Translations under genes and position numbers: made by a program
The notes under the pieces: generated by a model
Told to the model about the DNA's origin: nothing
The model's database searches: none
What the model saw: only the letters and a program-made list of their open reading frames with translations
Origin: Camelus dromedarius
Taxonomy: Eukaryota
NCBI RefSeq assembly: GCF_036321535.1
Contig: NC_087454.1
Coordinates: forward strand, 36,332,001-36,396,000
Length of the DNA: 64,000 bases
Direction of reading: 5' to 3'
In this document: positions 60,456 through 64,000 of the stretch, one piece after another
Position numbering within the stretch: the stretch's first letter is position 1
Layout of the letters: every line of letters begins with the position of its first letter

Positions 60456-63400
60456 TTCACTCTCGGTTATGCTCTTTTCATTTAAAATAATTATCACGGA
60501 AACATTTTATTTATATATATAAAGAGAAGCATTGGCTGATTTGAGCTTAATGAAAATCACCCAAAGAAAATGAACTATTTAATCTTAAATTGTAAATTTA
60601 GTCGAGAATCACTCAAAAGGCATGCCAAAAAAAAAAAAAAAATCTCTTCCATATACAGAAGTTACCAACCTTTTCAGAGTAAGATATATAATGTGGTTTG
60701 AAATACGTGCATGACGGGCCCTGCCTTGCCCCCTGAGAAATGTGCAGGTTTTCTTAAAATATTTATTCAGTGAAGATCGCAGGGCAACCTCAGTCCATTC
60801 TAAGTCCTGACCCACCTTGGAAGAAGGAAACGGGAAACAAGTCCGTGAAATGGCATCTGTGGCATTTTAGCAAATAAACTCTTGCTCTTAACCAAATTTA
60901 TTTTGGCAGTGTAGACTCTTCTGTGTATACTGGTATTGTGCGCAGACCTTCCACCGTCATTAAACGAGACCGTGCCATGTGAGGCTGTGCAGCTGTTGGG
61001 AGGGACAGGGAGGTCCCTGAAAGGTGGAGGCACTGGTTGAGAACAGGACGCATGCGCACCGGCCGCACAGCATCCGTCCACGGCCGTTCTCAGCAACTGT
61101 TCCGCGACTAATTGGGAAAACTTGCTCGGTTCCTACAAATATGAAAACGGCCACCCGCTTCACACATGCCTACCTACTCTCAGTCCTACCGGAGAAAGAA
61201 CCGACAAATAATCAGAGCAGTAAACCTTGGACAAATAAGCGTATGGGTTTCTCTTTTAAATGCAAACTCACGGTGGCGCCACGCCAGGGTCTATATTTCT
61301 TAGAAAANNNNNNNNNNNNNNNNNNNNNNNNNNNNNNNNNNNNNNNNNNNNNNNNNNNNNNNNNNNNNNNNNNNNNNNNNNNNNNNNNNNNNNNNNNNNN
61401 NNNNNNNNNNNNNNNNNNNNNNNNNNNNNNNNNNNNNNNGAGAAATTAGAAGTCCCAGCCAAATACCATACCTTGAACTGACCCACTTCAATACATAAAC
61501 ACTTTTACAACATGTTTATTCAGGTGTAGCACTTGAAATTGGTTTAAGATGTTTCCACTGACAGGGAGCGCAGCAAAAGAAAAAAAAAAAGAACTAAGAA
61601 ATTTGACTATTAAGGAATAGAATAACTAGCAATCTGTTCTTCAGATTTTTTATTTATTTATTTATTTTTTCTGCCTCGGAGTACAATATCAAATGTATTT
61701 GTCGAGCTTTTATTTTGATGTTTTAATGAAGTGTTAATTTAACAGGAACTCAATTTTTACTCGCATCTATTGATGACTGCAGAAATCATTTAGAATATAT
61801 GATCTCTCTAATGCTGAAGTAGGTTGTCCCAAGACGGGCAGGAGTGGAATATGGTTAAAGTCGGTTTTCCATTCGTTACAACACACACTGACCCTTTTAT
61901 AGTTCCATAAGCAATTCACGCAGAGTGCCAAGTTTCCCTTGGTTTGCAAGAGGGGTTTCTTTTGTTATTATTCTAAAGACTTTGAATATTTTAATTTTTA
62001 TCTGTGGAGAAATAATACTGCTCCCAAGATTTATGTTCTGGAAACTCTAAGGATGTGTGTATGTTACAAATATGGGCTTCTCAGACTTTACAAAGGTGGA
62101 TATTGTGTGTGAANNNNNNNNNNNNNNNNNNNNNNNNNNNNNNNNNNNNNNNNNNNNNNNNNNNNNNNNNNNNNNNNNNNNNNNNNNNNNNNNNNNNNNN
62201 NNNNNNNNNNNNNNNNNNNNNNNNNNNNNNNNNNNNNNNNNNNNNGGCTCTTGGTCTTGAGTTAGACCGTGGAAGCATTAACTATTCAACTGACTCCTTC
62301 AGACACATTAGACCTACGTCGATTATGCCGACGGAGCCCTTTGAATGGCTGAACGGTTGTTTTCCTTAGAAGGACTAATAGAAACCAAGACTATATTGTA
62401 TGTATTAAAAATAGTGAAACTTTTATAAAATCTCTTTAACAATGTTGAATTTTACGATTAAGTTACAGTATGTTTTAGATACTGCAAATGCATCCATAAA
62501 GAAACCTACCTAAAACACTGATTTAGGAAAACTGCACGTAGGTGTGTGTTCTCATGGTTTTATTTTTCAAAGCTGATCCTTATTTTTGATTTCTCATTAA
62601 AAAAGTATAGGAAATAAAAAGAGCCTTAAAAGAAAAGGGTGATAAAGGACCCCAGCTTGAGTCCTCACCTTAGGATTCAGACAGGTCTAGGCATAGCTAG
62701 AACATGGGTAAGTTTAATTCACCAGGGATACGTCTGGATAAGGATGGACCAGCCTGAAGGGGAAGAATTCATCGTAAGGAAATGATGAACCCCTAAAGCA
62801 CAGATTCAGAACCACGTCCCAGTGAGTATAAGGAAGCAGGGGATTTTGAGTCTGTAACTGAGTTCCTTCTGGCCCAGTACCAAGGTGGGCATGATTAACT
62901 CCTCACGAACAAAGGCGATTCCAAAAAAATCTGACAGAACTGTTTTTACCTAAAGTTCCTGTAAAATCCTGGGAGGACAAGGCAGCCCTATTTTGGAGCT
63001 TGATTAAAAAGGTGACACAAGTGCTGGGAGGAGATTCTTCCTCCATCAGAAGAGTGGTTTCCAAGGAGTTTGCTACGTGGGTACCGAGGGCAGGTCCAAG
63101 ACGGTCTCCTGCACCAGCATCAGATCCGCCTCCGAGAGAGTCGTAGTTCAGAGGTGAGCAGAGCAGCAAGCTGATGGCACAAGGACTTTTAAGGTGGACC
63201 CAAAACTGTCCCAAAGTGAGAGGCGGTGACAGTGATGGGATGACGTGATCCTAGAACAAGAGGACACTTCCCTGTGTCACGTCCATGTCCTGATGTTGGA
63301 CCCTCAGAGGAGGGAAGGGAAGTGATCTGCTAAGTGGGTGGGGTGGTAACAAGAGAGTGAGAAGAATCTGATGGTGGAGAGTTCAAGTTTAAAGACACTG

Positions 63401-63569
63401 GGGGATCTCCCACACAAATGGGAGGGGAGAAGAGACAGGAAAGGTTCTTTGCAGGATATACCGGCATCCCAGTGATTTCACTGATGGCAGCTAGAACCAA
63501 AGAAACACGGTGCCCAATTCTCCCACGTCTGAGTATCACAGAATCCTTGGATCATAAAATGAAAGGGGT

Positions 63570-63818
63570 GGGGGGAGGATAAATTAGGAGATTGGGATTG
63601 ATAGATACACATTACTGTATATAAAATAGATAAACAACAAAGACCTTCTGTGTAGCACAGGGAATTATATTCAATATCTTGTAATAACATAATGGAAAAG
63701 AATCTGAAAAATATATATGTATATGTATATGTATATGTAGAACTGAATCACTTTGTTATACACCTAAAACTAACACTGTAAATCAACTACACTTTGATTA
63801 AAAAAAATAAATTTTTTA
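63570..63818 (+). mobile_element. Young 5'-truncated L1 3' end with perfect 14-bp TSD
   Basis: TSD aaaatgaaaggggt at 63556-63569 and 63819-63832. Confidence 0.92.
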
Positions 63819-64000
63819 AAAATGAAAGGGGTATTGAGGCCAAATGTGGGAGCCCAGAGTCTGGTACAGACAGAGATTTTGTCTTTTGCATTTAAGAAGA
63901 AAATACCCACTGAACCTCTCTGTGTGAACATTTTGTAGAACTGGTCCCACCTTGGCCATCTTGTTCTCATCTCAAAATTATCCTACAGGTACTGAGGGAA

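Noticed and set aside
62700-63100. Possible CR1/L3 RT remnant
   Set aside because: Similarity too weak to support by eye; needs an HMM search.

Overview
Mammalian genomic DNA, most likely a camelid. Evidence: tRNA-Ala-derived vic-1-type SINEs and artiodactyl-type L1 3' ends, with no Alu, B1/B2, Bov-A/BovB, PRE-1 or Can-SINE seen. It is a draft assembly with six N gaps. The only protein-coding gene is the 3' half of BMP5 on the minus strand: exons 4-7 (59018-59212, 47953-48029, 46588-46698, 42728-42877) plus an approximately 1.85-kb 3' UTR. These exons encode the end of the prodomain, the RSVR furin site and the whole seven-cysteine mature ligand, with canonical GT-AG junctions and a continuous frame. 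Positions 1 to about 40800 are the gene-free 3' flank, made of old repeats (L1M, L2, MIR, MLT1, hAT-Charlie/MER), young camelid SINE/L1 insertions and repeat-free blocks with clustered developmental TF motifs. I found no convincing new gene system. The best leads are: an orphan CpG-rich L1 5' UTR with a monomer array pointing at the BMP5 3' end; an apparently chimeric twin-primed L1 with a perfect TSD; direct repeats bracketing the in-frame-skippable exon 6; a possible intronic polyadenylation route to a prodomain-only BMP5; and several candidate enhancers. Repeat subfamily names and comparisons to human or mouse are from recall, not database searches. Repeat boundaries are approximate unless a TSD or TIR is quoted.
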